64,000 nt of DNA from Mobula hypostoma. Taxonomy: Eukaryota. Below are positions 1-13,599 of this stretch, in pieces. The notes beneath the pieces are model-generated. The model made no database searches, was not told the DNA's origin, and saw only the letters and a list, made by a program, of their open reading frames with translations. Position 1 is the first letter of the stretch, and each line of letters begins with the position of its first letter. The position numbers and the translations under genes are program-made. Location: assembly GCF_963921235.1 (NCBI RefSeq), contig NC_086098.1:38440001-38504000 (forward strand), written 5' to 3'.

Positions 1-429
1 TAGGATGTTTCACACTCTGGAATCTGGTTTACTCTGGATTTCCAACACCTGCAGAATCCCTTGTGTTTATAATCTGGTTTAGTGTGTTTTGTAGTTTTTT
101 TAAAAAAGCTACAAACATTTTGTAGTACGAGCAGAATCTGGTTTAAAATGCTCGGCATCTTCTTGGCAAAAAACAAAACGACTAAACACTTTATTAATAA
201 TGATCAATGCTAACTGGAGAGGCAAGCAGAGGTGCAGGCAAGAAATGGCTGAGGCAGGGTTGAAGCAGAGTGAAGACAGAGTCGCATCATCCCTGAGAGT
301 GAGGAAAGTCCCGATCAGCTTGAGCTCTGGGCTGAATTGGAAAGGCTGGGTATGGACTGAATCGTGGTGGTAGGGATCAGTCCCCATTGCGGTCTGAGAA
401 CTCTGAATGACCCAGTGTCTGGACAATTC

Positions 430-760
430 TAGTGCCAGGCCAGAAGGAAAAGGTCAGGGTGTTAGGACCAAGGGTGAGGGCCAGTTCTGCTTGCTGCTCC
501 CAAATGTTTACTCAGCTCCACGCTGAACTGGGGCTGGGGCCTTCTCCAGCTGCAGTGATGCCTGGCTCCATGTCTTTCGTAAAACTTCAATTCCGAGGCT
601 ACTTGCTTACTTTTTATTGTTTGCACAATTTAGACTTTTTTGCCCTCTGCGCTTTGGGCGTTTGACAGTTTTTTAAATGAGTAGTTTTGGGTTTCTTTGT
701 GGCTGCCTGTAAGGAGACAAATCTCAAGGTTGTATAATGTATACATACTTTGATAATGAG
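430..760 (+). repeat. Interspersed repeat (unclassified non-LTR-like tail)
   Basis: The tail TTTGGGTTTCTTTGTGGCTGCCTGTAAGGAGAC...ACTTTGATAAT recurs as a reverse complement at about 32800-32880. Confidence 0.6.
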
Positions 761-2859
761 AATCTGAAAAGAAAGGAAATTCTAATGTACAAGTGTTTGC
801 TGCTGACTTGAATTCTTATTGTGCCCCCCCCCCACCGTCCTGTGGCCCCCACCAAAGTTTGGCTCTAAAGACATTTAGTAAGGCACAGAATGAGTGTCAT
901 TTATTTATCACATGCACATCAAAACAATGAAATGCAGTGCTTGCATTAACAGCCAACACAACCCAAAGATAAACTGGGCACAGCCCGCAAGGTTTCTAAT
1001 TGAGTTCCCTTGGAAATGGCAAGGTGCTGAGGAAGCGGCAATGGGAAGCTGAAAGAAAATTGCTTTTTTTAAAGTATTCGAGAAATTATTGGGTTGTTCA
1101 CTACTTTGAGTCCCACAAAGTGGTATTTACCTATCAGTAGCCACGTTGCTTTTGTTCATTTTGAGGATCATAAGGTTCCAACCCTCATCAGCTTTGACCC
1201 AAATGTTGATCAGAGGTGAGCAGAGTGTGATTATATTTGATATTAAGGGCAACACTTGTTTGAATGTGACTTTTGTTTGAGGTGCTCCACTTTGAGTTGT
1301 ACTGGCATAAAGAATGGTTGTGCTTGTCAGAAAGCTGTCATCTGAGCCCAGGACATCACAGGAGATCCTGTGGCTCCACCACTTTCAGCTCTTTAATCAA
1401 TAACCTTCCTTCCTCTGTAAGTTCAGCAGAGGTGTTGTGTGCTGATATGTAAAATTTGTCTAGCACCAGTCTTATCGCGTGTGACTCGTTGCCGCACTCT
1501 TTGAGAAAATCAAATTACACTAAGTGCTGGTAGGCTATCAGAAGATTCTAGGTGTCAGAAGGAGGCAGTGAATAGAAACCACACACTTCTGAAAATAAGG
1601 TTTGCTTATAAGAAAAAAAAACAATGTACAAAATATTTGAGTGAGCAAGAACAATTCAAAATTCCAACATTCTGTTTAGGCTCCACATCTTAGATATCAA
1701 AGCACAACAAATTCCTTTTTAATTAGAATCAGTGAGATTCATTTATTACTCTACTCTCTTAAGTAATTAGATCTAGAATTATTCCCTATTTAAAAGTTTA
1801 CAGACTAAACTTTCCTTTTTACTTATCCCTAGTTAGATAGAAAACCAAATTCTTAAGTATTATAGTTAACTTCATTTTCAGTTCCAGGCAGTACATCTAC
1901 AAGTTTAAATTCAAAAATTGTATCCACACAATTTAACTCCGTTCACAATTCTCCAACATCAAAACTTTTAAAGTAAATCTCATTAAGAAACTTATCAAAG
2001 TCATTGCAAAAATAATCAGTTCTTGCCAAAAATCAAATTCTGATTCTTCAAATGAAAATAAACTTGTACATACAACCATATTAATTCCTCTGCTTCATTA
2101 CATTGAATTTGAATAGCTTGCCATTTTGTTTCTTGGTTCATTGGATTGAAATAGTTTATCATCTATAGCAAGTCAATTCAGACTTGTACAAAAAAACTTG
2201 AGCAAATGCTTTGGTATGATTTTACAGAACTGACTCCTGATTAAACAGTAGGGATTTTGGACACTGGTCTCTGCCAATACTGTCTCATTATAGCTGCTGT
2301 ATGTTTATAGCCATAGCTTCAATAAAACCGATCGCTGTTGTCTCCCCTCTAGGGGTTTAACCTTGAGGTTTTCAAGTTAGTAGGGTAAAGATATTCACTA
2401 ATTCCATTCTTAACAGTTCATGTCTTCAGCTTCTAATCGTTACTGTGTTTCTCTCCTTGTCCACCCTGCATCAGCCACACCTCGTTCTTGCATAGTTTTT
2501 TTTTCCAAATTGTCTTCTTCATCCCTTCACAGGTGGAGCTTTCTAACATTACATTTTTGGGTTTAGTTCACCTGGGTTACGTGATGGTTACCTGATGTTT
2601 AGTTATCAGCAAATGAAACAGTCCATACCTGGGTGCAGCAAGACTGGGACAATGTTCTTTTGTGGGCTGATGAAGTGGCATTCATGGTATGAGTGCCAAA
2701 TAATCATAATCTCCACCTCCTCTGAGCTCCACCAGCAATAGCTTGGTGGGGTGATAATGGCCAAAAACTCAGCTGCAGAGATGTGATAATTTCAGCTCAA
2801 GATCAAATCTGGGATTGTCTATCCTATGTCAACCTATGCACTTAGTATCCAAAGGCTAG

Positions 2860-3290
2860 TCCATCATATACAAAGCACAAATCAGAGTGCAAAGGAATAG
2901 TCTACCTGCTAAGATGACCATAGCTCCAACATCTAAGGTCTCAACACCATACAGCACCTTAAAACCAGTTGCTTTGGGCAGATGGGGCTTGTCAGCCATG
3001 GTTGGCAGGTCATCTAGGAGAATGAAAACTCTGATCTCCAACCTCCATTGGCCTGCAGCTATATCCACTCATGGGGAATTTTTCCAAAGGAAAAATTCAG
3101 AGCTGGAGTCCCTAAGGCAGTCCTACACTGAGTTCAATGCTGACTGACAACTCCTGTGATGCTGTTGTTCCTTCAGATGCATGGGGGGTGTGGGGGGAGG
3201 CTTGCTCTCCATATCATACAACCCAGGCTTGCATATTTCGACAGCTAGGACGAAATACATGGTCAACTCTGACTGGCAGAGACCCCCACC
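2860..3290 (+). mobile_element. RTE-related non-autonomous retroelement
   Basis: RTE-like CAGCCATGGTTGGCAG..CTAGGAGAATGAAAACTCTGA motif; clearly homologous to 59210-59490. Confidence 0.55.
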
Positions 3291-3564
3291 TCACTCACAT
3301 CACAGGACAAGACAACAGCTTTGATTTTCCCCAGTCTGTATATTCATTCCTTCCAGTTCCATCATTGACTGCAGGGTGTGCCATTTCTAAAACGCCTTCC
3401 AAACATATGAACTCTACTACTTAGAAGATTATGTTGATCTTTTTGCAGAAGGATTCAGTAAAATAAATCTGAAATTACAAATTTTCTCTTGTTCGTATAG
3501 ATAGGTAATTGATGGTGGTGAAACAAATCTGAAATAATAAAAGAACTCTACCAAGCCTGACTGC

Positions 3565-3810
3565 AAAAGGATTGGGCACGAGGCTAGCAAACCCATCCCA
3601 TAAAAACCCAGAGCTACAGAAATGCCCACGGAAGCTCCAAAGACTTCATCCCCGGGAGAGGAAGGGCCTTCACCTAGATGATGTATGAAGTTGTATGGTG
3701 AAAGTGGAAGCCACTGGGCCTATCAACCTTCAGCCCAGGATAGAGGGCTCTGGCAAGCTGCTGTTGGTGCCCTATAAACCCAGCAGGGGCGATGGTTTAT
3801 AGAAGTAATA
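3565..3810 (+). mobile_element. RTE-derived SINE-like fragment
   Basis: GGGCACGAGGCTAGCAAACCCATCCCATAAAAA head and a tail translating like an RTE C-terminus (AQDRGLWQAAVGAL). Confidence 0.45.
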
Positions 3811-4954
3811 AAGGGCCTTCTAATATCAGACCTGGAAATACTGTATTTGATTTCTGCTTCTAAGGAAGGATATACTTGGAAAGGGAGGAGAGGTGCATCA
3901 GATTGATTCCTGGGATGAGAATAAGGCAGAAATCATGGTTCCAGAAAATCTACAACACAGGAAGCCATTAGTTTATTGTCTGCCAATTAAAAACCACCAC
4001 CAGCTTATTCCCACTTTCGTTGCTATGGCCATAGCTTTGCAGGCTTTGGCTCTTTAAATATACATCCAAGCATTCCTTAAATGTGATGAGGTATTTGCTT
4101 CTATTATCCTTTCAGGGATTGAGTATCTTTGGGGAAAGAAAGTTTTTCCTCATTTCTTGTCTAATCCCTTCAACATTCTCTTTAAATCCATGCCTTGTGG
4201 TTTTTGACCAGCATTGTCCCCACTCCTCCCTATACCCCTGCCAAAGTAAAATAGATGCAGTTAAGTCCTGATGAAGGGACTCACTCCAAAACAGCGGCCT
4301 TTACTCTTCTCCATATGTGCTGCCTGGCCTGCTGAGTTCCTCCTGTATTTTGTGTGTTTTTTTTCTATTATTCCCGTTTATTCTATCTTTGCCACTCATC
4401 ATTTCTATAAATCCAGAGTCCTTGATGCTCCCAAGAAAATCTTAGATGAGAAGAGAAGCAGGACTTTCTCTTTCGGCTCATGTCTTCAATTTTCTAGCCT
4501 TGACGATATATTTCTAATTTTCCTCAGGTTCTTCTCCAGTGCAGCCATATCATTCCTTAAATATAATTGACCAGAACAGGAGAAATTAAACAGACTGGTC
4601 CCATAATCTTTTGAGTTTAGAAAAATCACTGATGATCTTATTGAAACATACAAAATTCTAATCAGGCTTGTTAAAGAAGATGCAGGGATGATATGTTGCT
4701 TGGCTAAGTGTCAAGAAGAAGAGGTAATAGTTTAGGCAGGATTAAGAAGAGAACAAATTTATTTATATAGAGGAAGTAAACATTTAAAATTTTCCACTGA
4801 AGAGAATGATGGAAGCTGAAGTTGTTATATACATTCATGGCCAAGATCAATCAATTTGGTCATGAATATATTCAGAAATTAATCAAAGGCATGGACTTGG
4901 CTTAGGAAAGTGGGGCTGAGGCAAAAAAGATCAGAATAATCAAAGTCAGAACAC

Positions 4955-5620
4955 AGGAACTTTGTTGCACCACCGGGTCGAGACAACAGAGACTTATGGA
5001 GAAGAGGAGTTCGGTGAGTAACAAAATGGACGAGTTCATGGCGCTAGCCAGCATCAGAGAACATTTCGGGAGTGTAGTGTTATGTGTTTCACTGGAACGG
5101 GGGCTGCACGAGGACATACCCGATCAAAACTTCTCCATGGACAGCTTCCAGACGGTTCGGGCTGACCAGAAGTGCACTGAGAGCGGTAAGCGTAAAGGAT
5201 TTGGGTGCTTACTGTTCTGGTTAACAACAGATGGTGCAATCCAGGTCATATTACGATTGAGGAACGTGTTTGTAGCCCGGATATTGAACTTTTTACTGTT
5301 GGACTTCGGCCATATTCCACCGAGATACAAGACTGGTTTACTGTTGGACTTCGGCCATATTCCACCGAGATACAACACTGGGCGGCACTGGAGGTTGTTC
5401 CTGCCTGTGGCCATCAAACTTGCAGCTCCTCCCATGGAGGGTCAGGCACCCTGAGCCAATAGACTGGATCTGCACTTATTTTCCAGCATTTTGTTGTTTG
5501 ATTGTTTGTGGTTTTTGTATTGCTATATTTATGCTCTATGCTTGGTTGGTGCAGCTGTAACAAAACCCAATTTCCCTTGGGATCAATAAAGTATATCTAT
5601 CTATCTATCAATTACCTTTC
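4955..5620 (+). mobile_element. Internally deleted Rex1/Babar-type LINE
   Basis: Endonuclease-like reading (SMDSFQTVRADQKCTESGKRKG, NNRWCNPGHITIEERVCSPDIELFTVGLRPY) joined directly to the ORF2 end (PRYNTGRHWRLFLPVAIKL), then AATAAA and a (TCTA)n tail. Confidence 0.65.
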
Positions 5621-5625
5621 TATAC

Positions 5626-6590
5626 AAACAAGAGAAAATCTGCAGATGCAAGAAATCCAAGCAACACACACAAAATGCTGGAGGAACTCAGCAGGTCAGG
5701 CAGCATCTATGGAAGAGAGTAAACAGTCCTTTTAGCTGAGCCCCTTCAGCAGGATTGGAGAAAAAAAGGAGGAAAAAGGTGTTGAAAGGTTGGGGGGGGG
5801 GGGAGAGGGAGAAACACAAGGTAGTAAGTGATAGATTCCTATTCCAGTATGTCTATCCAGGGCCTCCTCCACAGTCACAATGAGGCCACACTCAGGAGCA
5901 GCAACACCTTGTATTCCATCTGGGAAGCCTCCAACCTGAAGGCATGAACGTTGATTTCTCGAACTTCCAGTCATGCCCTCCACCACCCCTTCACCATTCC
6001 CCATCCCCTTTTCCCTCTCTCATCTTATCTCCTGGCCTGCCCATCACCTCCCTCTGATGCTCCTCCCCACCTTCTCTTTTTTCCATGGCCTTCTGTCCTC
6101 TTCTATTAGATTCCCCCTTCTCCAGCCCTGTATCCCTTTGACCGATCGACTTCCCAGCTCTTTACTTCACCCCTCCCCCTCCTGCTTTCACCTATCACCT
6201 TGTGTTTTTCCCTCCCCTCACCTTTTAACTCTACTTGTCTTTTTTTTCTCCAGTCTTGCTGAAGAGTCTTGGCCTGAAACATCAACTGTGCTCTTTTCCA
6301 TAGATGCTGAGGCCTGCTGAGGTCCTCCAGCATTGTGTGTGTTGCTTGGATTTCCAGCATCTGCAGATTTCCTCTTTAGGTGATCGGTGAAACCGGGAGG
6401 GGTAAAGTGAAGAGCTAGGAAGTTGATGGGTGAAAGGGAAACAGGGCTGGAGAAGGGGGAAATCTAATAGGAGACGACAGAAGGCCATGGAAGGGGGGGG
6501 GCAGGAGCACCAGAGGGAGGTGATGGGCAGACCAGGAGATAAGGTGAGAGAGGGAAAAGGGGACAGAGGAATGGTGAAGGGGGGGGCATT
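5626..6590. mobile_element. Penelope-like element fragment with inverted pseudo-LTRs
   Basis: The arm at about 5630-5830 is the reverse complement of about 6170-6378. The interior is a decayed GIY-YIG C-terminus homologous to 54460-54600. Degenerate hammerhead at about 6252-6289; an extra inverted pLTR piece at 6380-6590. Confidence 0.8.
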
Positions 6591-7279
6591 CTATCTATTT
6601 AAATCCCACTTACTAGCATTTGATGTGTAGCCTTCTATGCTCTGGTGATTCAAGTGCTTGTCTGGATACTCAAGCAGTTTCACCCTCCATCACCACACAA
6701 GCAGTACATTTCAGACCCCAGCCACCCTTAGGGTACAAAAGTCCCTTGTCAGATTTTCTCTAAACCTTTTATGCCATAGATCAATACCCTCCAGATTAAG
6801 GTACCTCTGCTCTGTAAATATTTGCATAAGTAGTCCTCTCAGCCTCTATGTTAAACAAAGTCTTTCTCATCTCTCTTCATAATTGAAAAGCTTCATCCCA
6901 GTGAATCTCTACTGCGTCCTCGGCAGTGCATCACTTCATAGGTATCACAGCATGGAAACAGGCCATTTGGCCCAGTGTGTCTGTGCTGCGTCACCTGGAG
7001 AGATAATCCCATAACTCTCTAAACCTCTTTGATCTATGTACTTATCTAAATAGTTTTAAAATTGTGCCCCTTTCAATCAATCCAAACCTGCCAATTTGGA
7101 ATAGGCAGCCTATCCAAATACACATCACCCTTTGTGCGGACAAGTTGCCCTGGTCTTAAACCTATGCCCTCTCGTTTTAGCACCGTCTCCCTGGGGAAGA
7201 AAGACTGCTTTCATCCTTTCTATACTCTTCATGACCTTACATAGCTCTATCATATCACCCTCAATCTCTTATGTTCCAG

Positions 7280-7650
7280 GGCACCATTTAGCATATCTAC
7301 AAGAAAGCATCATCCATCATCAAGGGCCTCCAGCTTCCAGACCAGATGCCCTCTTTTCACTGCTGCCATCAGGAAAGAGGTCCAGGTTACTCTTCAACCA
7401 TTATGCTCCAGAGTCAGCACAGATAATTTCACTCACCTCAAAACTGAACTGTGGCCTTATAACTCATGCTCTCAGTGCTTTTTTTTTGTATTTGTATAAG
7501 TTTGTCTTTTGCGCATTGGTTGTTTGTCAGTCTCTGTATGTAGTTTTTCACTGATTTGATTGTATTGCTCAGTTCTATTGTAAATGCAAGAAAATGAATC
7601 TCAGAAGCATAGTGACATTTACGTATTTAGATAATAAATTTAATTTGAAC
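7280..7650 (+). mobile_element. Rex1/Babar LINE 3' fragment
   Basis: SII..P..P..ALFSLLPSGKR motif followed by a 3'UTR ending in ATAATAAATT...TGAACT. Confidence 0.6.
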
Positions 7651-8399
7651 TTAATACCCTAGTCTATGCAACTTCTTTTATAATTCAGCCCCCCACCCAA
7701 GTTCAGGCAAAATACTGGTAAATCTTTTTTGCACTCTTTCTAGTTTAGTAAGATCTCTTTCCTACTATATGGTGATCAGAATTATACACAGTACTCCAAT
7801 TGTGGCCTTGTCAATGTTTCATAAAGTTGTTTCACAACTTTGCTCTCACACTCTAACGAAGACAAGTATCTCCCATGTCGTCTTCTTCTCGTCTTATCCA
7901 TCTGTGCTGCCACCTTCAGGTATTACTGGACAGAGTTGCACATTCATTGTATATATTCTATTCTTAAAAGTCCTCTCTAAATGAATTTATCAGGATAAAT
8001 TCCACCTGCCATTTTACGAATGATTAAGCTGCTGCGAGGAACCAAATGGTGTATTCCCGTTTCCAGTTCTGATGTTACTATGACTTGGTTATCTGGAGGC
8101 ACAGGCAGCCACAAGCACCATCACCAGAAGGCACTATTGACCATAAAAATAATTCAGATTTACCACAACGCAAGAATTTACAGGGATTGTCTGAATCCTT
8201 TACTCTAGGCTCTAAACTTAGTTCAAAGCCATCTATTCTTTCGCTAAAGCAACCGAGAACCAGCCTTACTCTTGCCGACCGCAAATGCTCCGCCAGTCTC
8301 CCAGTGCTGCGCTTCCGATAGCTCTAACCAAACTGCGGAGAGCTGAGCTCAAACATAGGACTAGCATCAGAAAGACGATTATCTTATTGCAGAGCATTA

Positions 8400-9000
8400 G
8401 CCCGAGAATCTGTATGGCAGCAAAGATCGTACTTCCAACTCAAGGTCCAGCACTCTGCAGGTAAAACCGTCAAACCTCGCTCAGCCACTTTTTCAATGAG
8501 CCCTGCGCCGGCCCTATCGACTCAGGCATTGATTTCCAGATTCACACCACTCCATCAATAAAATCTTTAGTTTATACAGTTTTATTTCGTCTCCGGATGA
8601 GTAGAAACTTCCCAACGTTGTCCGACTACCGTCCCACAATAACTCAGGTCGCGGCGCTGTCCATGTGACTTCAGAGCCCTGTTCCGGCGCGTCACGTCCT
8701 GTCGGCCCGCGCTTGCGCTCTGGGGACGGCGTCGTGACTGGAGGGAGCGGTGGAAGCGAGGAACCGAGCGGTGCTGCTCGTCACCGCCAGTCCGACCGGA
8801 GGTAAGCGTCGTGCGCGGAGCTGCGAGGCGGCTGCCCGAGTGGATATCCGGCTGCGTCGGGAAGACGGTCCCCAAGCGGGGAGGCCGCCAACTTGAAAAG
8901 CGTGCAGGAGCCCGGGCTGTGGCCCTCGGGAAAGCAAACGTCACCTGTAGCACCTCAGTCCGTGTCGGCGGCGGCTTGAGTGATGTTGGAGTCTGGTGGA
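8400..9000 (+). promoter_or_regulatory. CpG-island promoter of the DNAJC5G-like gene
   Basis: Sharp rise in GC and CpG content against AT-rich flanks. Contains a ZNF143/SBS-like motif (ACTACCGTCCCACAAT, about 8625-8640), ETS-like TTCCGG and a CRE half-site CGTCA near 8680-8697, followed by a strong splice donor. Confidence 0.75.
8700..8801 (+). other. DNAJC5G: Probable non-coding exon 1 of DNAJC5G (start approximate)
   Basis: Consensus donor GAG|GTAAGC at 8801/8802 inside the CpG island. The first coding exon has an acceptor 12 nt upstream of its ATG, so an upstream non-coding exon is required, as in other DNAJC5 genes. Confidence 0.65.
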
Positions 9001-9787
9001 TGGCTGTGCGGGGCAACTTTCTGTGGATGAGGGGCGTTGTTGAAGCACCTCTGTGGGAGAAGGAGGGAGTGGGGAGTTGGACAGCGGCACTTCGGGAGAA
9101 GGGGTAGGTTGGAAAGATGAAGAGAGTTTGTGGGACGGGGAGGGGAGAGAAACAGCGGAGCAGCTTTCTGGGAGATGGGATGAGTTGGGGTGGGAGGCAG
9201 TAGAGTAGTTTCCCGGGGAAAGGGCTTCTTTGGCGGGGTGCGTTGGAGGCGGTGGAGTGGCTTCCGCGGAGGAGGGGCTGAGTGGTGGAGTAAAATGCGA
9301 TTTGCTGTCATCTGTCAAAGAGTTTTGAAAAGCTCATTTATCTTCTCGCTGTTTCTGTCTTCTGACTTTCAGTGTCCTTGTCCTACCAGTTCTGACGCTA
9401 TTTCCCCACAGTAACAGTTTTCAGATGTCTTCCTCTTTCCTTTGCACCACAGTTGCTACGGCACCACATGCATCTGTTCCATTTTTCATACTTTTGGTCG
9501 TGCTTCTTCTCCCACTCAGAGTAAGGTTGCACCCTATCCATCTGCCACTTTCAGTGTGATTTTGATATCAGGTACATGCCCCAGCATCACGAAGGGGCAG
9601 CTTCCTCAGCAATTGCTTGGTTCACTCTTCTGTTTCTCCCAACATCCACCCTCCTTTGCATGTCACCTGCACCTGCAATAACAGGAAATGTAATGCTATC
9701 TTTTACTTCCTCAATTCCCATCACCCAGGAACTTCCGCACTTGGTCCAGATAAGGCAGCTGTAGTTGTGCTGTAGCGATGCTCTTAA

Positions 9788-10256
9788 TAGACAATAGATG
9801 CAGGAGTAGGCCATTCGGCCCTTTGAGCCAGCACCACCATTCACTGTGATCATGGCTGATCATCCACAATCAGTATCCAGTTCCTGCCTTATCCCCATAA
9901 CCTATGATTCCGCTATCTTTAAGAGCTCTATCCATCTCTTTCTTGAAAGCATCCAAAGACTTGGCCTCCACTGCCTTCTGGGGCAGAGCATTCCACATAT
10001 CCACCACTCTCTGGGTGAAAAAGTTTTTCCTCAACTCCGTTCTAAATGGCCTACCCCTTATTCTTAAACTGTGGCCTCTGGTTCTGGACTCACCCATCAG
10101 CGGGAACATGCTTCCTGCCTCCAGCGTGTCCAATCCCTTAATAATCTTATTTGTTTCAATCAGATCCCCTCTGATCCTTCTAAATTCCAGTCTATACAAG
10201 CCCAGTTACTCCAATCTTTCAACATATGACAGTCTCGCCATCCCGGGATTTAACCT
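9788..10256 (-). mobile_element. CR1 LINE 3' fragment (young), inserted in an older Penelope remnant
   Basis: ORF 9870-10199 (LEFRRIRGDLIET..RTRGHSLRIRG..RKNFFTQRVVDMWNALP) is the CR1 ORF2 C-terminus, with a typical 3' stem-loop and CTATT tail. Confidence 0.9.
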
Positions 10257-11419
10257 TCTCTTATCACTGGAACAACTAAATACAGTTTTGGTGTCCGTTT
10301 TGCGGAATATTTGGAAGAATTATACTATTGCCTGTCATGTTAAATTCTCCACCCAACTTGCCCTGTTAGCTGGTATTTCACACTGTTCCAATCAAGGCCC
10401 CTCGTAGGTGTCTGGACACCATCTTATCCTTCAGCTGCCATGTTGTAGCCCTTGGTATTTAATTGTATAATTTCAGATAACCAGCCTAAAGTAAGGTCAT
10501 CAATGTTAACTGCTTAAGTCCCTCCACAGTTCCTGCCTGGATTTCCAAATGTAGTGTTCTGTTTGCTGTAATTTAGCATTGCTTTTGTTCCCCTCCTCTC
10601 CTGTATCCATTGGACAAACTCTTGCTCTGATCTGCTACCCTTTTATCACTTTTCTAACCTTTTATTACTCTGTGTATCCACTCCATCACAGACACATCTT
10701 TTGTTCTCTTCATTTCCTCTTAACTTTTTCAAGTTAATGTCAACAGAAATATTAAGTGTTCTGTCTGCAAATGCTGTGTGACTTGGTGCATATTTCCAGC
10801 AATTTCTCTTCTACTGAGCTTGTAACCACTTATAGTGTTTCAGTGCAACTTTGGTGTAATGTTAGGTGTACATTTCCAATTGGTGTATGTATAACAAAAG
10901 CTGTCTAATACAATTGTACTCCTGTTTAGATCATCTGGTTAATCGTCACTAATCTTCTTGCCAATTTAGCTAACGTAAACAAAATGAATTAACTATGGTC
11001 AAACAAAAATTTGTTAGTTTAATGGAAGACAGGAAGGAATGGATGAAAGAAGAAAGATGGTACACTTGAATTTGGTAGCTTTATACTGGAGTACAATGTA
11101 ATTAATGTTGCAAATGGTGTTTATTTGGTAGCTTTCATGACTTCTCAATACCCTAATGTCCTTTACAGCCAAAGAATCAGTCACTGTTGTAATGAAGGTA
11201 ATATGACTGTGGTATGCAACAAAGTACCATAAACAATAGTATGATGACTGATTAGGCCACTTTGGCAATGTGAGTTGAGATAAAGTACGTGGGGCTGGAA
11301 GTGCATGGTGAGAGTGGATGTTTTGAGTTGGTTCTGATGCTTAGACATGGTGTTTTCAGAGAATGCAGAATGGCCATGGGTTAGCAATTCCCAACAGTTG
11401 GTGGGAGTATTGCATTTTT

Positions 11420-11660
11420 TAAAAATTTAGTGATATAGTTTGGAGTAGGCCCCTCCAACCCTTTGAATTACACTGCCGCACAAACCTAATTTAATGATGG
11501 GATAATTGACAAGGATTACTACCTAAGAGGAAACTGGAGCACCCGGGGGGAAACCCACGCAGGATATTCAGAGATTTCTTAAAGAGTGGCCCCAGGATTG
11601 AATTCCAAACTCCGGAATGCCTTGAGCTTTAATTTTGCTATGCTACCACTCAACTACCAT
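11420..11660 (-). mobile_element. tRNA-derived V-SINE-like element
   Basis: The reverse strand shows a tRNA-like head (GGTAGTTGAGTGGTTAGC) and the V-domain GCGTGGGTTTCC..GGTGCTCCAGTTTCCTC. Confidence 0.6.
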
Positions 11661-13599
11661 GAAACCCAATTTTGAAAAGAGCCTTTGAGAGTATCCTTGA
11701 CTCTTCTTCAGTCTGCCTGGCTATTTGTTATTATGAGAGTTTTGATTATTGTGGCTCATTTTGGTGTTTCCTGTTAAGGCATGTGACTAATGAGGCCTGC
11801 CCATTGTACTGCTTTCTTTGGAGACAAACTTGGTGTCTCTCCAGTGTTTTGAAGTGCAGGAGTCCTTGAAGATGCCATTATGTTTGTAGGAGAATAAATT
11901 TGGACAATTGAATTATATCAGAAACACATTTTGTGATGTCTAAAGAAAAAAATGAGTGACAAAGCACGTTGGAAGTAAAAGGTCTGCAAATTCTCCAAGT
12001 CTGGTATTATCAGTGGGGAGTCAAAGTGCATAAACAGTAACATTTTGGATGTTTGACCAAATGTTTTCCGAAGGGGATAATTTCCTTTTTTAAACTTTTA
12101 CCATTTGCATGGATAGCTGATGATCAGTAAAATAAGAAAGCAGTGTTCAGAATTGACTGTTAGAGTAAGTAATAAAAAGTATTTCCGTTGGCAGACAGCC
12201 AGAGGCACAGAATATGATTGTTGGTGGAGCCAGAGGGAAGAGAAAAGAATATTTTGACTTGCATAGCAAGTTGACAAGAACTGTCATGTCAATTAATTGT
12301 GAACTGGAATGTAATGTAGATAGCACTTGGAGAGGGGGAGAGAACTTGTAATTGTATGGGAATGAGACTAATTAACCCTGTTAAAGAGCAGCACCAGTGA
12401 AAACTGTTAAACCTTAATTGCATTCAACTTTGATGTATGTAATAAGATGCAGAGTCAAACCTCTTAAGTATCTCGAACTTGGTCAGTATTTAGGAAGTAA
12501 TTTTTTTAGAGGCTGAATGAGTGACATTGTGGGAACTGAGTTTCAAAACTTACACGAAATTGTTTTTGTACATTGGAGCAATTATTATTGGTTTTGTATA
12601 TTTCAGTAATAATTGTGGAGGTAATTGGAGAAATCAATTTAAATTTGGAGTTCTGAAGAATAGTTCATTTTGTATGTAGCACTACCCCAAAACTTCTATA
12701 GCTCAGCAAGTCCTTCATAGTATGATCAGATGAATTGCCTGAAATGCTGATGTTTGCACATCATTGTATGGTTGCTCCATTAAAAAAGTCCAAAGGCTTC
12801 ATGTGCTAGGGTGATATGTTAGGCGCTGGGTGACATGTTAGGTGTGGTTGTTAGAACTGATTTTTTTTTTCAAGCACAGTTATACACAGCAGTCCATTTT
12901 GATACAATCCAACAAATATAATCCATTGTTCAGCTGTATAGACTGAAATTCTTCTGTTGAAGATTCTGATCCTACAAATTTTTGACCCTGATTTCTAATG
13001 CACAGTACAATCTGGAAAGCATTGCAATTTTAAAGGACGAACATAAGGTAATATCTTTTTTGGGTCATTGTGTCTTTTCAAAACTAATACTGACCCAATT
13101 TCAACATTGCTTTCTTTTCCAGTCTTTAAATCTTGCAGCTGCTTATGTTTCTGCAGTTACCTTTTAAATTCTCTTACCAGGTAAACAACCCTGTCAAGAT
13201 ACCAGACTAATCATAAATGCTGTCTTTAATGAAACTCCTTCAAATTCTTATAATCAATGACATGGTCAACCAAACTTCCTCTCCTTTATCTGTTGGCTAC
13301 CATTTTTTAATTTTACAAATTGTCCCTTGGTGAATAACACCTCTCTTGCACATTTTGATTTTCATTCAATGATTTTCTCCTGTTCCATATACTGCCAAAT
13401 TTGATTCTGAAGAAATCCAGTTTGAATAATTCTAATCATTATGAATTAAGCAAGAACCATGGCAACGTTTTGCTGGCTACATACGTCTTTTGAACTACTC
13501 TCACTGCAATCTGCAGCATGTAATTTTTTTAAGCAATGTACTTTTAAATCAACTTAATGAACTACAGATTTCTCAGTTTCCTAATGGGCTTGGCGTACT

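Noticed and set aside
1-8400. SLC30A3 exons expected upstream by human synteny
   Set aside because: No recognisable zinc-transporter coding sequence on either strand; the region is mostly repeat debris.
8582-9414. Several overlapping 75-144 aa ORFs
   Set aside because: They result from stop-codon scarcity in GC-rich island sequence; low complexity with no recognisable domain.
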